This document shows positions 42,151-52,372 of a DNA stretch of 64,000 nt, piece after piece; within the stretch, counting starts at the first letter, position 1; every line of letters begins with the position of its first letter. The position numbers and the translations under genes are program-made. This DNA is from Candidatus Micrarchaeota archaeon (GTDB taxonomy: Archaea > Micrarchaeota > Micrarchaeia > Anstonellales > Bilamarchaeaceae): positions 53,557 through 117,556 of the forward strand of contig JBDRPL010000005.1 of NCBI GenBank assembly GCA_043827025.1, read 5' to 3'. The notes under the pieces were generated by a model, which was not told where the DNA came from, searched no databases, and saw nothing but the letters and a program-made list of their open reading frames with translations.

Positions 42151-42381
42151 TTACACCATTTCTTTCCTAAGAATTGAAATAACATATTCAAAACCGCACT
42201 TTACACATCTAAGCGGATGAGTAGTTGGATCAACAAACCAGTCTACAGACCCCAACGGAATATAGTTTACTTCTTTTTTTGCGCATTTCTTTTCTAATTC
42301 TTTGTTTGGTTCAGAATTATCATCTACGAATATAGGTATTCCGCATTTTTTGCACTTAAATTCCTCAATCATTGCCACCAT
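42151..42381 (-). CDS. Zn-ribbon protein, paralogous to the C-terminal half of 41765-42148
   Basis: CKKCGIPI..LEKK..KKEV.Y..CVKC. Confidence 0.75.
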   Translation of the reverse strand: MVAMIEEFKCKKCGIPIFVDDNSEPNKELEKKCAKKEVNYIPLGSVDWFVDPTTHPLRCVKCGFEYVISILRKEMV

Positions 42382-42393
42382 ACCATAACACCA

Positions 42394-43461
42394 TTATTTT
42401 AACAGTTTAATGAACTCATCAAACAAATACTTAGAATCATGCGGTCCAGCTGTTGCTTCTGGATGATACTGAACCGAGAATATTTGTTTGTCTAAATGTT
42501 TCATACCTTCATTGGTTTTGTCATTTAAATTCTGATGCGTTAATTCAAAACCTTTTGGAACTTCTTTGACTGCAAATCCATGATTTTGCGTTGTGATTAC
42601 CACTTTCTTTCTAGTCAAGTCGATGACTGGTTGATTGCAACCTCTATGGCCAAACTTAAGTTTAAAAGTCTCAGAACCAAATGCATGGCCAATCAACTGA
42701 TGGCCAAGACAGATTGCCATGATAGGATAGTCCTTGTCAGCAAGATTACGAATCACTTTATGTGCATGAGTCAATATCTTTGGATCTCCTGGGCCATTTG
42801 AAAGCATGACACCATCAGGTTCGTATTGCCGTATCTGTTCACTCGTATAAAATGAAGGGACTACAATAACTTTCAAGCCACGCGCCACAAGTTCATTTGC
42901 AATATTCCTCTTGTATCCATAATCAATCAGAACTACCTTTCCTTTTTTGTTTTCTCCAAACTCCAAAGGCTGTTTTGTTGTTACTTTTTCAACGAAATCA
43001 ACTGATGAGTAATCGAATTTGAGTTTCTTTTGAAGTGAACTGATGTCCAAGTCTCCATCATAGGTGGAAATTATGGCTGGGACGACTCCTTTTGACCGAA
43101 TATGTCTAACTAGAAAACGAGTATCAATTCCAGTTATTCCAGGAACATCAAAATCCTTCAGGAACTGGTCAATTGATTGAAATGCATCTTTATGTTCGTA
43201 CTTTTCGCAGATTTCCCTTGTGCAAAGCCCTTCAACATGGATTTTATCGCTCTCAAAATCAGTTTTATTTATGCCGTAATTGCCAATCATCGGATAAGTG
43301 GAAATCAGTATCTGGCCGGCATAGCTTGGATCTGTCAGACTTTCCTGATAGCCAATCATAGAAGTATTAAAGACTAGTTCACCTATCCGCGTGGTCTTTG
43401 CACCAAACCCATTTCCATGGATGATTGTGCCGTCTGCCAACAGTAACACTGATTTCATCAT
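42394..43461 (-). CDS. carA: Carbamoyl-phosphate synthase small subunit
   Basis: GELVFNTSM.GYQESLTDPSY, LSNGPGDP, ICLGHQ, QNHGF, QYHPEA; GGAG before ATG 43461. Confidence 0.98.
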   Translation of the reverse strand: MMKSVLLLADGTIIHGNGFGAKTTRIGELVFNTSMIGYQESLTDPSYAGQILISTYPMIGNYGINKTDFESDKIHVEGLCTREICEKYEHKDAFQSIDQFLKDFDVPGITGIDTRFLVRHIRSKGVVPAIISTYDGDLDISSLQKKLKFDYSSVDFVEKVTTKQPLEFGENKKGKVVLIDYGYKRNIANELVARGLKVIVVPSFYTSEQIRQYEPDGVMLSNGPGDPKILTHAHKVIRNLADKDYPIMAICLGHQLIGHAFGSETFKLKFGHRGCNQPVIDLTRKKVVITTQNHGFAVKEVPKGFELTHQNLNDKTNEGMKHLDKQIFSVQYHPEATAGPHDSKYLFDEFIKLLK

Positions 43462-43584
43462 TAATACTCCAGTAAGCCGAGAACTATGTTCTCGATTGAC
43501 GGAATTTAATTCCATCAAGAACTAGAACAATATCTCTCAACGAAAGTTTATATATTTAGCGCATGAATAAGATTTGGCGAGGCT

Positions 43585-44547
43585 ATGACATCCGAATTAT
43601 CAAAACTTGTTGACAAAGTTTTGCAGCTAAGTGAAAAAATAAAAAATGGGAAGGACGGGGTTGATTTCTGTGTCCCATCTAAGAATGAGCCTGGGTTTGA
43701 AAGTACTCCTCTTGAAACTGAGATTTATGAATTAATGGGGAAGGTAATTAAAAACCTGGAAAAAAATCCGAAGGATGTTGATTCCAAGATTGTTGAAAAA
43801 CTTATGATCTGCATGGAAAATTCCAGCAGGGCAAGAAAACAGGATAGGGGCGATGTGGGTTTTGGATATACGGATTTTGATTCTACACTTTACAGCATAA
43901 TCTGGGATTTGAGATACAAGCTGAAAGATGCCCTTGACAAACTCAAGAACAAAACGGACATCCTAAGCAAGGTGGATAAAAGGCTTCTTGAGGCAAACAA
44001 TGGAGAATATCTTGCGCTTTATGGCGTAAGCAGGGAACAAAGTAATGAGTTCAAGTTCAAATTTACAGTTGATAAACTCTTGAATCTAAGCAATGAAGCA
44101 AAAAAATCAGGAAAGAAGGGTATGGAAGGCCTGAAAGAAGAAATACGAGGGTGTCTGCACGAGGTATATATGACTATGGACATTGATATAATAGAAGACA
44201 AGTCATACCATTACTCTGATTCCGGATACTCCCCTAGAACATACAACAGCGACGGCACGATACAGGATGGAAACATAATGAAATACTTTGATGAAAAACT
44301 GTTGAACAAGCTATTGGAGAGTTTGATAAACTGCAAAGTGCTTTTCGTAAAAGGGGATTATGATCCAATAAAATCAAAAATAAAAGAAGTTGTTTATGCC
44401 TTGAAATACCTTTTGCTTGAGATGAAGAAGAATAAGATTTCACCATTGGAAAAGGCAGACCAGAAACTGTTCAAATCCAAGGAAAATGGCTTCAGGAAAA
44501 CATTCTATGGATATTTTGCCGATGAAAAACCTGGCGAGTTTTGCTAA
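43585..44547 (+). CDS. Hypothetical Lys/Glu-rich helical protein
   Basis: 320-aa ORF with GAGG SD. Confidence 0.75.
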   Translation: MTSELSKLVDKVLQLSEKIKNGKDGVDFCVPSKNEPGFESTPLETEIYELMGKVIKNLEKNPKDVDSKIVEKLMICMENSSRARKQDRGDVGFGYTDFDSTLYSIIWDLRYKLKDALDKLKNKTDILSKVDKRLLEANNGEYLALYGVSREQSNEFKFKFTVDKLLNLSNEAKKSGKKGMEGLKEEIRGCLHEVYMTMDIDIIEDKSYHYSDSGYSPRTYNSDGTIQDGNIMKYFDEKLLNKLLESLINCKVLFVKGDYDPIKSKIKEVVYALKYLLLEMKKNKISPLEKADQKLFKSKENGFRKTFYGYFADEKPGEFC

Positions 44548-44604
44548 CAGGATTGCAAAATAAAAACATCACATTTAAAAACAGTTTTGCACATATTTCA
44601 TAAC

Positions 44605-44841
44605 ATGGTTGCAGAACAAAAACAAAAAGGCGATTCAAAAATATCCGTCAATGATTCAAAGGCAAGGCAGGACCCAGAAAATTGTTTGACTCAGCCTGAA
44701 CCACATCCAATTCAAAAGGTGCACAAGATAGATGAAACTAACTTAAGGATAGACAATCTTACACCTGCACTTGCATTCGGACTTCTTACTGTTGCAATGT
44801 TCGGTGCTGCATACCTATTCTCAAAAAACAATAAGAATTGA
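44605..44841 (+). CDS. Small protein with C-terminal TM anchor
   Basis: Leaderless after TTTAAAA; hydrophobic C-terminus. Confidence 0.55.
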   Translation: MVAEQKQKGDSKISVNDSKARQDPENCLTQPEPHPIQKVHKIDETNLRIDNLTPALAFGLLTVAMFGAAYLFSKNNKN

Positions 44842-44887
44842 GCAAGAGTCAATACTATTTATTATCTTTTCTTTCTTAATCTTCTTT

Positions 44888-46552
44888 ATGAAACTTGAAG
44901 AGATCATCAGAAAACACACTCTGAAGAATGCTTTTGAATACGGCAAGGCCAATCTAGGCTCTGTAGTTGGAAAAGTAATCGGCGAGATGCCCAATGTCAA
45001 AAAAGATATGAAAAAAACGATAGAACTCATAAACAAGGCTGTTGTTGAAGTCAACAAGATGCAGAAGGATGCTGTTGAAAAAGAGCTTGAGAAATACCAT
45101 TTTGAGAAAAAAGAGGAGAAAGAGAAGAAGATAATCGAAGCAAAGGAAAATGTGATTACCAGATTCCCCCCTGAACCTTCTGGTTATCCACATATAGGCC
45201 ATGCAAAGGCAGCTTGGCTTGATTATACTGTTGCCGAAGAAAATGGCGGAAAGATGATTCTAAGGTTTGATGACACTAATCCGGAAAAAGAAACGCTAGA
45301 GTTTGTTGATGCAATAAAAGAAGGGCTGAAATGGCTTGGAGTAAAATGGAGCGAAGAATCATATACTTCTAACAATATGGAGAAGCTCTATTCCTTTGCT
45401 GAAAAACTCATAAAGGATGGGAAGGCATACGTTTGCACTGAAAAACAAGAAGAAATGTCAGAGATGCGGACTTCAAAAAAACCACTTAAAGACCGAGCAA
45501 ACAAGCCGGAAGACAACATGAAACTATGGAATGAAATGAAAAAGGGCAAGAGATATGTTCTCTTGTTCAAAGGCGATTTAAAATCCGAAAATACTGTGAT
45601 GAGGGATCCCACGCTTGCAAGGGTGATTGAGGGTAAACATTACAAACAAGGAGATAAATACAAGGTCTGGCCAAATTATGACTTGGCAGTAGTTGTAATG
45701 GATAATCTTGAAGGCATAACCCATTCCATGAGAACCAAGGAATATGAGTTAAGGGATGAATTGTATTTTGCATTGTGCGATGCCCTCGGATTCAAAAAAC
45801 CAGAGCTTATAGGATTTTCAAGGCTTGAAATAAAAAATGCGCCGATAAGCAAAAGGCTACTCAAGCCTCTTGTCGAAGAAAAGAAAGTCATGGGATGGGA
45901 TGACCCCAGATTGCCAACACTAAGCGGTCTTAAAAGACGAGGCATTCTGCCACATGCAATAAAAGATTTTGTACTTTCTTTTGGACTTTCAAAAGTCGAA
46001 AGCAATCCTGATTATGAAAAACTGCTTGTCTTTAATCGAAAGTTGCTTGATCCGATTTCAAAGCATTATTTCTTTGTACCTAATCCCGTCAAAGTAAGGT
46101 TAATAGGTGCAAAGCCACAGCTACTGGAACTCCCGCTGAATCCAAAGGAAAAGGTAGGCTATAGGGAAATGGCAGTTGGAAACGTTGTTTACATAAACGA
46201 AAACGAACTGGATTCTATCAAAATAGGCGAAGTCTTCAGGCTCAAGGACTTTTGCAATGTCAAACTCCTGAAAAAAGGGAATGTGGTTGAAGCAGAGGTA
46301 GTAAAGGACGAGATGGTGCCTAAGAAATTGCAGTGGGTGTGTGAAGAGCATACCCCGACAAAGATACTTGTTCCAAAAGATTTGTTGAAGGATGAAAAGT
46401 TCGACCCGGAGAGCCTTGAGGTAATTGAAGGCTATGCTGAGAATGACTGCGAAAGGCTTAATATCGGAGAAATTGTCCAGTTCGAGAGATTTGGATTCTG
46501 TAGGCTGGACAAGAAAGGCGATAAGAAGCTGACGTTTGTATTTAGCTGCTAA
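44888..46552 (+). CDS. gltX: Glutamyl-tRNA synthetase, archaeal type
   Basis: RFPPEPSGYPHIGH, RFDDTNP, ISKR, GWDDPRL, QFERFGF. Confidence 0.97.
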   Translation: MKLEEIIRKHTLKNAFEYGKANLGSVVGKVIGEMPNVKKDMKKTIELINKAVVEVNKMQKDAVEKELEKYHFEKKEEKEKKIIEAKENVITRFPPEPSGYPHIGHAKAAWLDYTVAEENGGKMILRFDDTNPEKETLEFVDAIKEGLKWLGVKWSEESYTSNNMEKLYSFAEKLIKDGKAYVCTEKQEEMSEMRTSKKPLKDRANKPEDNMKLWNEMKKGKRYVLLFKGDLKSENTVMRDPTLARVIEGKHYKQGDKYKVWPNYDLAVVVMDNLEGITHSMRTKEYELRDELYFALCDALGFKKPELIGFSRLEIKNAPISKRLLKPLVEEKKVMGWDDPRLPTLSGLKRRGILPHAIKDFVLSFGLSKVESNPDYEKLLVFNRKLLDPISKHYFFVPNPVKVRLIGAKPQLLELPLNPKEKVGYREMAVGNVVYINENELDSIKIGEVFRLKDFCNVKLLKKGNVVEAEVVKDEMVPKKLQWVCEEHTPTKILVPKDLLKDEKFDPESLEVIEGYAENDCERLNIGEIVQFERFGFCRLDKKGDKKLTFVFSC

Positions 46553-46591
46553 GGGCAAAAACCATTAAAACAACAACTGAGAATTAATAGC

Positions 46592-47122
46592 ATGAAGATT
46601 TACACTAAATATGGAGATAAAGGAGAAACAACACTCGTTAGCGGGGAGAAGATGATAAAGGATGATATTAGAGTCGAAGCCTATGGTACTGTTGATGAGT
46701 TAAATGCTTTCATAGGAGTGATAAGCACCTTTACAAGCGATGATGATGTCAAAAAGACACTCCTGCCCATACAGAAAAACTTGTTTTCCATTGGAGCAAT
46801 GCTTTCCACAAGAAGCCCTACTGAAAAAACCCCAAAAATAAACCTAAATGACATTTCCAAATTAGAGGCAACTATTGATGAAATTGAAAAGGAGCTTGAC
46901 CCTATTAAGCATTTCATAATCCCCGGAGGGTCCAAGACATCTGCCTTGTTGCACATGGCAAGAACAGTATGCAGACGCGCTGAGAGAAGGATCGTAACGC
47001 TGTCAAAAACAGAAAAAGTAAGCGAAGACATCATTATTTATCTAAACAGGTTAAGCGACCTATTATTCGTAATGGCAAGGATGGCCAACAGAAAGAAAAG
47101 GATAGAGGATGTTCTCTGGTGA
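46592..47122 (+). CDS. pduO: ATP:cob(I)alamin adenosyltransferase, PduO type
   Basis: IYTK.GD.G.T, YGTVDELN, RTVCRRAER, NRLSD. Confidence 0.95.
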   Translation: MKIYTKYGDKGETTLVSGEKMIKDDIRVEAYGTVDELNAFIGVISTFTSDDDVKKTLLPIQKNLFSIGAMLSTRSPTEKTPKINLNDISKLEATIDEIEKELDPIKHFIIPGGSKTSALLHMARTVCRRAERRIVTLSKTEKVSEDIIIYLNRLSDLLFVMARMANRKKRIEDVLW

Positions 47123-47267
47123 GTGAGAACATATCCACAAATTTATCTTTTTACAACTTATTTTTATCTCGAAAAAAGAAGGGTTTAAATACTAATTATG
47201 CGAAGTAGAATCCCACATCTGCTTTTCGGATAAATGTTCGACAACAAAAGTTTTACTGGTGAAATCC

Positions 47268-49364
47268 ATGGCCATATCAAAAGTAAGAAAGAGAGACGGA
47301 AGCATAGTAGAATTTGATAACGAAAAGATAGAAAATGCCATCTTCAAGGCTGCGCAATCAGTAGGCGGATCTAATAAAGACGAGGCAAAAAAAATAACTG
47401 ACAAAGTCATCGAACTACTCCATGATAAATATAAAGACGAATATGTGCCATCAGTTGAAGAAATACAAGACCTGGTTGAAAAAGGACTCATAGAAACAGG
47501 CCATGCACAAACTGCAAAGGCATACATACTATACAGGCACAAAAAGAACGTCGAAAGAGAAGTCAAAAGAATGCTTGGAGTCAAGGACGATTTGAAACTG
47601 TCATTGAACTCAATCCAAGTCCTTGAAAAGAGATATCTGCTTAAAGATGATAAAGGAAAGCCTATTGAAAGCCCAAGCCAGATGTTCAGAAGAGTTGCAA
47701 AACATATTGCAAGCGGGGAAGCCAAATTCGGTGCTGACCCTGAAACTGTAAAATATTATGAAGATGCATTCTACGAGATAATGACGAATTTTGAGTTCCT
47801 GCCGAACTCGCCTACATTGATGAATGCAGGCTGCAACATAGGCCAATTGTCTGCATGTTTCATACTTCCAATCCCAGACGACATAGAGGGGATATTCGAA
47901 ACAGTCAAATACTCCGCCATAATCCACAAAAGCGGAGGTGGTACAGGATATGCCTTTTCATATCTCAGGCCAAGGGGAGACTTCGTGAAATCAACTTCAG
48001 GAGTTGCTTCAGGCCCACTGTCATTCATGAGCGCTTTTGATAATGCAACAAATGTAGTCAAACAAGGAGGAAAAAGAAGGGGCGCAAATATGGGAGTCAT
48101 GCATGTGTGGCACCCTGACATAGAAGAATTCATAACTGCAAAGCAAACCAAAGGAGTTCTCGAAAATTTTAATGTAAGCGTTGCAGTAGACGACAAATTC
48201 ATGAAGGCTGTTGAAGAAGATGGGGATTATGACTTAATAAATCCAAGAAACAAAGAACCTGTGAGGAAGGTCAAGGCAAGAAGCATATTCAAGCTCATAG
48301 CCTACAGCGCATGGAAATCTGCAGAGCCAGGATTGTTGTTTATAGATACGATAAACAATACCAATCCTACTCCAAAATATGTTATAAATGCTACAAATCC
48401 ATGTGGCGAGGTACCTATGCCTGATTTTGAGTCATGCAACCTAGGAAGCATAAATCTTTCCAAATTCGTAGAGCATGACTGGAGCAAGACAAGCTGGAAA
48501 AAGAAGGTGAATTGGTCAAGATTAAGATATGTTGTTAGGCTTGGGGCTCAGTTCCTAGATAATGTAGTTGAATTGAACAAATATCCAATTGCCCAGATAA
48601 AAGAGATGACTCATAAGCACAGGCGATTAGGCCTTGGAGTCATGGGCTTTGCAAAGATGCTTACAAAAATGGGATTAAGGTATGATTCGGAAGAGACATA
48701 TGGAATTGCAGCAGAACTCATGAATTTCGTTACAAGCGAGGCAAGGAAGATGTCTCATGAAATGGGTCGAGTACGCGGTTCATTCCCTGGATTCCAGGAC
48801 AGCACCTGGGCAAACAAATACGATGCCATGAGGAATGCAACAGTGACTTCAATCGCACCAACAGGGACCATATCCATGATAGGGGATACAAGCAGTGGGA
48901 TTGAACCGAACTTTGCTCTTGTTTATATCAAAAATGTGATGGATGGCACAAAACTATATTATTCGGATGATATATTCGAACATTTACTGAAAGTCAGTGG
49001 ATTGTATTCTCAAGAGTTAATGCAGGAAATCATTGACAACAATGGTTCAATCCAAAACCTTGAGGGGATTCCGAAAGAGATACAAAATGTATTTGTAGTT
49101 GCCCACGACCTGAACACAGATGCGCATGTGAAGATGCAGGCAGCATTCCAAAAACATACGGATCTTGCTGTGAGCAAAACAATCAACATGCCAGCAGAAG
49201 CAACAGTTGATGATGTTGAAAAGGCTTACATACTTGCATGGAAATTAGGCTGTAAAGGTTTAACAGTCTACAGGGATGGAAGTAGAGGGCTTGGAGTCTT
49301 ATATACGGACAAAAAAGCAAAACAAGAGGAAAAAAGAGAGGTAAGCGAAGCGATTACACATTAA
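47268..49364 (+). CDS. nrdJ: Class II (AdoCbl-dependent) ribonucleotide reductase with ATP cone
   Basis: ATP cone VRKRDG, PNSPTLMNAG, SACF, TNPCGE, CNLGS, IAPTGT, SKTIN, VYRDGSR; adjacent pduO. Confidence 0.93.
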   Translation: MAISKVRKRDGSIVEFDNEKIENAIFKAAQSVGGSNKDEAKKITDKVIELLHDKYKDEYVPSVEEIQDLVEKGLIETGHAQTAKAYILYRHKKNVEREVKRMLGVKDDLKLSLNSIQVLEKRYLLKDDKGKPIESPSQMFRRVAKHIASGEAKFGADPETVKYYEDAFYEIMTNFEFLPNSPTLMNAGCNIGQLSACFILPIPDDIEGIFETVKYSAIIHKSGGGTGYAFSYLRPRGDFVKSTSGVASGPLSFMSAFDNATNVVKQGGKRRGANMGVMHVWHPDIEEFITAKQTKGVLENFNVSVAVDDKFMKAVEEDGDYDLINPRNKEPVRKVKARSIFKLIAYSAWKSAEPGLLFIDTINNTNPTPKYVINATNPCGEVPMPDFESCNLGSINLSKFVEHDWSKTSWKKKVNWSRLRYVVRLGAQFLDNVVELNKYPIAQIKEMTHKHRRLGLGVMGFAKMLTKMGLRYDSEETYGIAAELMNFVTSEARKMSHEMGRVRGSFPGFQDSTWANKYDAMRNATVTSIAPTGTISMIGDTSSGIEPNFALVYIKNVMDGTKLYYSDDIFEHLLKVSGLYSQELMQEIIDNNGSIQNLEGIPKEIQNVFVVAHDLNTDAHVKMQAAFQKHTDLAVSKTINMPAEATVDDVEKAYILAWKLGCKGLTVYRDGSRGLGVLYTDKKAKQEEKREVSEAITH

Positions 49365-50082
49365 TAGTTTCACAGAATCCCTTTACTTTTTCCAATCCTC
49401 CCTCTTTATAGAGCGTGATTAGTTTGCTTCCGATTATGAAGCCGTCAGCTCCTGCAATCTTAAGCTGTTGAACTTGATTCTTGTTTGAAATTCCAAACCC
49501 AACCACTAACGGAACTTTGGAATAACGCTTTGTGATTCGCATCGTTTCGGCAAACTCAGCTGGAAGCTCTTTTCTCTCTCCGGTAACCCCTAAAGTCGAG
49601 ACAAGATAAACAAGGCCCGTTGCCTTACTGCAGATTTGTTTGATTCGTTCTTCATCTGAATTCGGAGCAATCATCAAAACAAGGTCAACTCCATATCGTT
49701 TACTCATAGCCATAACAGGTTCTGATTCTTCCAAAGGAAGGTCTGGAAAAAGAACTCTGCTTGCACCTGATTTTTTTATCTCAATTAGGAAAGCTTCAAG
49801 CCCAATGCTAAACGCAGTGTTGTAATAGGCCATAACAGTGATTGGAACCGCAATTGCAATATCCTTTATCTGTTTAATCAATTTGAATGCCCTTTCCCCT
49901 GTCATCCCGTTTTTTAATGCAACTTGACTTGCTTTCTGAATTGTTGAGCCATCTGCAATCGAATCTGAGAAAGGAATGCCTAATTCAATTTCATTTGCTC
50001 CACTCTCAATCAGCATTTTGGCAATGTCAAATGTTTTTTCTTCGTCAGGATAACCAAGGCATAGATAAGGCATGAACTTCAT
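49354..50082 (-). CDS. trpA: Tryptophan synthase alpha subunit
   Basis: ELGIPFSD.IADG.TIQ, YYN, PDLP.EE, GVTG, VGFGI, ADG.IIGS. Confidence 0.95.
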   Translation of the reverse strand: MKFMPYLCLGYPDEEKTFDIAKMLIESGANEIELGIPFSDSIADGSTIQKASQVALKNGMTGERAFKLIKQIKDIAIAVPITVMAYYNTAFSIGLEAFLIEIKKSGASRVLFPDLPLEESEPVMAMSKRYGVDLVLMIAPNSDEERIKQICSKATGLVYLVSTLGVTGERKELPAEFAETMRITKRYSKVPLVVGFGISNKNQVQQLKIAGADGFIIGSKLITLYKEGGLEKVKGFCETINV

Positions 50083-50115
50083 AACTCTAATTTGACAAAA
50101 AGCAGATTTAAAGCA

Positions 50116-50601
50116 TCAATGTACCTTTTTAGACATTTCTTTTGTTGCATACTCAAGTATGGAAAACAAGGCCGTCGTATTATTTCTGAAAATAGGTGTA
50201 TTTGCATCATAATTCGCCTTTGTCTTTGCATACGTAACAATTGAAAGAATTGTTATTCCCCCTAAAAAGACTGCAAACAGATCGTGGCCTCCAATAAACA
50301 GCAACCCAAGGGATGACCCTCCTAGTATTAAGACAGAAAATTTCATTACTCTAAAAAAACTTGAAACAGAATTTTTCCTTTTCACTCCAAAATGAACTAC
50401 TTCCTGTTTTGCGATTTCGACCATCTCCTTGCAGAGTTTTGAAAGGATCCTATTGACTTTCTTTTGATTAAGAAGTTTGTTCTCGGATTTGTAAATAGTA
50501 AAATCAATAAAATCAGCTATGTTCTTCTGGGTTTCTTCAAGACCCATGACAATTGCAAGGTGTTTTGCTTCCTGCAAGCTTCTGACAGCATCAACAGACA
50601 T
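50116..50601 (-). CDS. Hypothetical membrane protein
   Basis: Two TM helices; start placed at ATG 50601. Confidence 0.55.
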   Translation of the reverse strand: MSVDAVRSLQEAKHLAIVMGLEETQKNIADFIDFTIYKSENKLLNQKKVNRILSKLCKEMVEIAKQEVVHFGVKRKNSVSSFFRVMKFSVLILGGSSLGLLFIGGHDLFAVFLGGITILSIVTYAKTKANYDANTPIFRNNTTALFSILEYATKEMSKKVH

Positions 50602-50702
50602 CCTAAGAACCTCTAACGAATTTGAATATTCCAATCTGGTCGAATTATTAAGATATAGAAAATAAGATTTATAAATTAGGGGTGAAGATGATTGACACCC
50701 AA

Positions 50703-51623
50703 TCATTGCTCAATTATTGTTTCATCCTTAACCAAAGTGCCGAAATGCCTTCCTCCTTGTTGGAAACGACCAAGAATTTTGTCGCCTACCTTTAGTTCTG
50801 TTACTGCCTTGCTTCCGCTCTTTGTCACCAATCGAATGGTTTCTGCGTTCTGCAGGATAAGATTTGCTTCATAACCTGCCTGGTTCTTGGCCTTTACTAA
50901 TATCAAAGGCCTTACCTCTATCTTGTTACGGCCCACAACTGCAATTTCTGTATCCCCATTCCTGCTTACAAGCATCACTTCCTTGCCTGTTTTTACTTCT
51001 TCGATGTAGGCGGTTTTTTCATTTGGAGCCAATGAATACATTGAAACTCCACCTGCATTTACTCTAAAAGGCCTTGGAGCTGCCAATTCATTTTTCATCA
51101 CTTCAGCCTGGACCAAGAGCATTCCGGATGCTGAAGAACCAATTAACATACCTTGGCCTTCTTTCATCATTGTGCATGTGTCAACGCATGACCTTGCACC
51201 AGTGCCAAGAGGAATTATTGCAATCACTTCTGCTTCTTCAAGATCGAGTTTGTCTGATTTTTGCTTTGTAAGTTCAAGGCATTTCTGCAATTCTTTGGAG
51301 TCGTCAGTTTCGAGCAGGACTCCATCCGCCCCCATTTCCATTGTCTGCAGGGCGAGTTTCGCTTCCTTTGCATCCCTTACCAGTGCAATAAGCTCGGTTT
51401 TGCCTTTGCATTTTGCAATCAAATTTTCGAGGGGAATGATCTTCCAGTCCTTGCAATTAACGAATATTCGCTTGGAACTAGACGCAAGCTTTACAGCTTT
51501 ATCTTCGTCAGCTTTTGTTTCTATTGAAACCAAAGGCTCAGGCTTTGAAACGATTTCAAGCTGAAACAGCTTTGCTTCTTTTCGAACATCTTCATCATTC
51601 GTCTTTACAAGGATTTTTTTCAT
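50703..51623 (-). CDS. 3-dehydroquinate synthase II (AroB')
   Basis: DWKIIPLENLIA, RSCVDTC, RPFRVNAG, GRNKIE.RPL, LQNAETIRL, GRHFG. Confidence 0.96.
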   Translation of the reverse strand: MKKILVKTNDEDVRKEAKLFQLEIVSKPEPLVSIETKADEDKAVKLASSSKRIFVNCKDWKIIPLENLIAKCKGKTELIALVRDAKEAKLALQTMEMGADGVLLETDDSKELQKCLELTKQKSDKLDLEEAEVIAIIPLGTGARSCVDTCTMMKEGQGMLIGSSASGMLLVQAEVMKNELAAPRPFRVNAGGVSMYSLAPNEKTAYIEEVKTGKEVMLVSRNGDTEIAVVGRNKIEVRPLILVKAKNQAGYEANLILQNAETIRLVTKSGSKAVTELKVGDKILGRFQQGGRHFGTLVKDETIIEQ

Positions 51624-51627
51624 AATA

Positions 51628-52368
51628 TCATCTCTCGATTATCCAAACCATGTGTTCGGCCATACTTTTTAATTTTTCATTTTTGAATCCACCATAAACT
51701 AGATACTTGCTAAATCCAGCAAGTTTTAACAGTAGTTCAAACTCTTTTTTATAGATGTATGAAAGATTTATTCTCAGTTTTTTAATCGGTTTTCCTTCTT
51801 CCTTTAATATCCTTTGACTTCTTATCAGTTGGTCAATCGGATAATATTTGACATATTCCGAAACTTGAACTCTTTTTCCCGTTTTCGGATTAATATAGTC
51901 TGAATGTTTTACTCTTGTTGTTTTTCCATTCTTTTTTGCCATGTAATAGAAATTCGGGTAAAAGATGTTGAGGATCAGCCTGCCTCCCGGCGCAAGATGC
52001 CCCCGTATATTCCTAAGAGTCTGGATTTGCTCGTCTTGTTTTTCAACATGCAGGAAAGAATTGTACGGAATGATTATCAAATCGAATTTCTTATTAATGC
52101 GAAAATTACGCATGTCTCCAAGTATGGTTTTCGATTTAAGTCCTTCTTTTCTTGCTTTTTCATTTAATTTGGAAAGCATTTTACCTGAATTATCCAATCC
52201 GACGATTGAAACACCTGATTTTGCAATTGGAATGAGGATTCTGCCTGTTCCACAACAAAGCTCCAGGACATTCTTTGCTTTTCTGGCATGTTTCAGGTAA
52301 AAATTCAAATCCCCAGGAGCGCCCTTCAAAGAAACATCGTAAACTTCTGCAAAATGGTCGTAAAGCAT
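51628..52368 (-). CDS. Class I SAM-dependent methyltransferase
   Basis: VLELCCGTGR, GDMRNF, FDLIIIPYNSF, HLAPGG. Confidence 0.92.
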   Translation of the reverse strand: MLYDHFAEVYDVSLKGAPGDLNFYLKHARKAKNVLELCCGTGRILIPIAKSGVSIVGLDNSGKMLSKLNEKARKEGLKSKTILGDMRNFRINKKFDLIIIPYNSFLHVEKQDEQIQTLRNIRGHLAPGGRLILNIFYPNFYYMAKKNGKTTRVKHSDYINPKTGKRVQVSEYVKYYPIDQLIRSQRILKEEGKPIKKLRINLSYIYKKEFELLLKLAGFSKYLVYGGFKNEKLKSMAEHMVWIIER

Positions 52369-52372
52369 ATTA

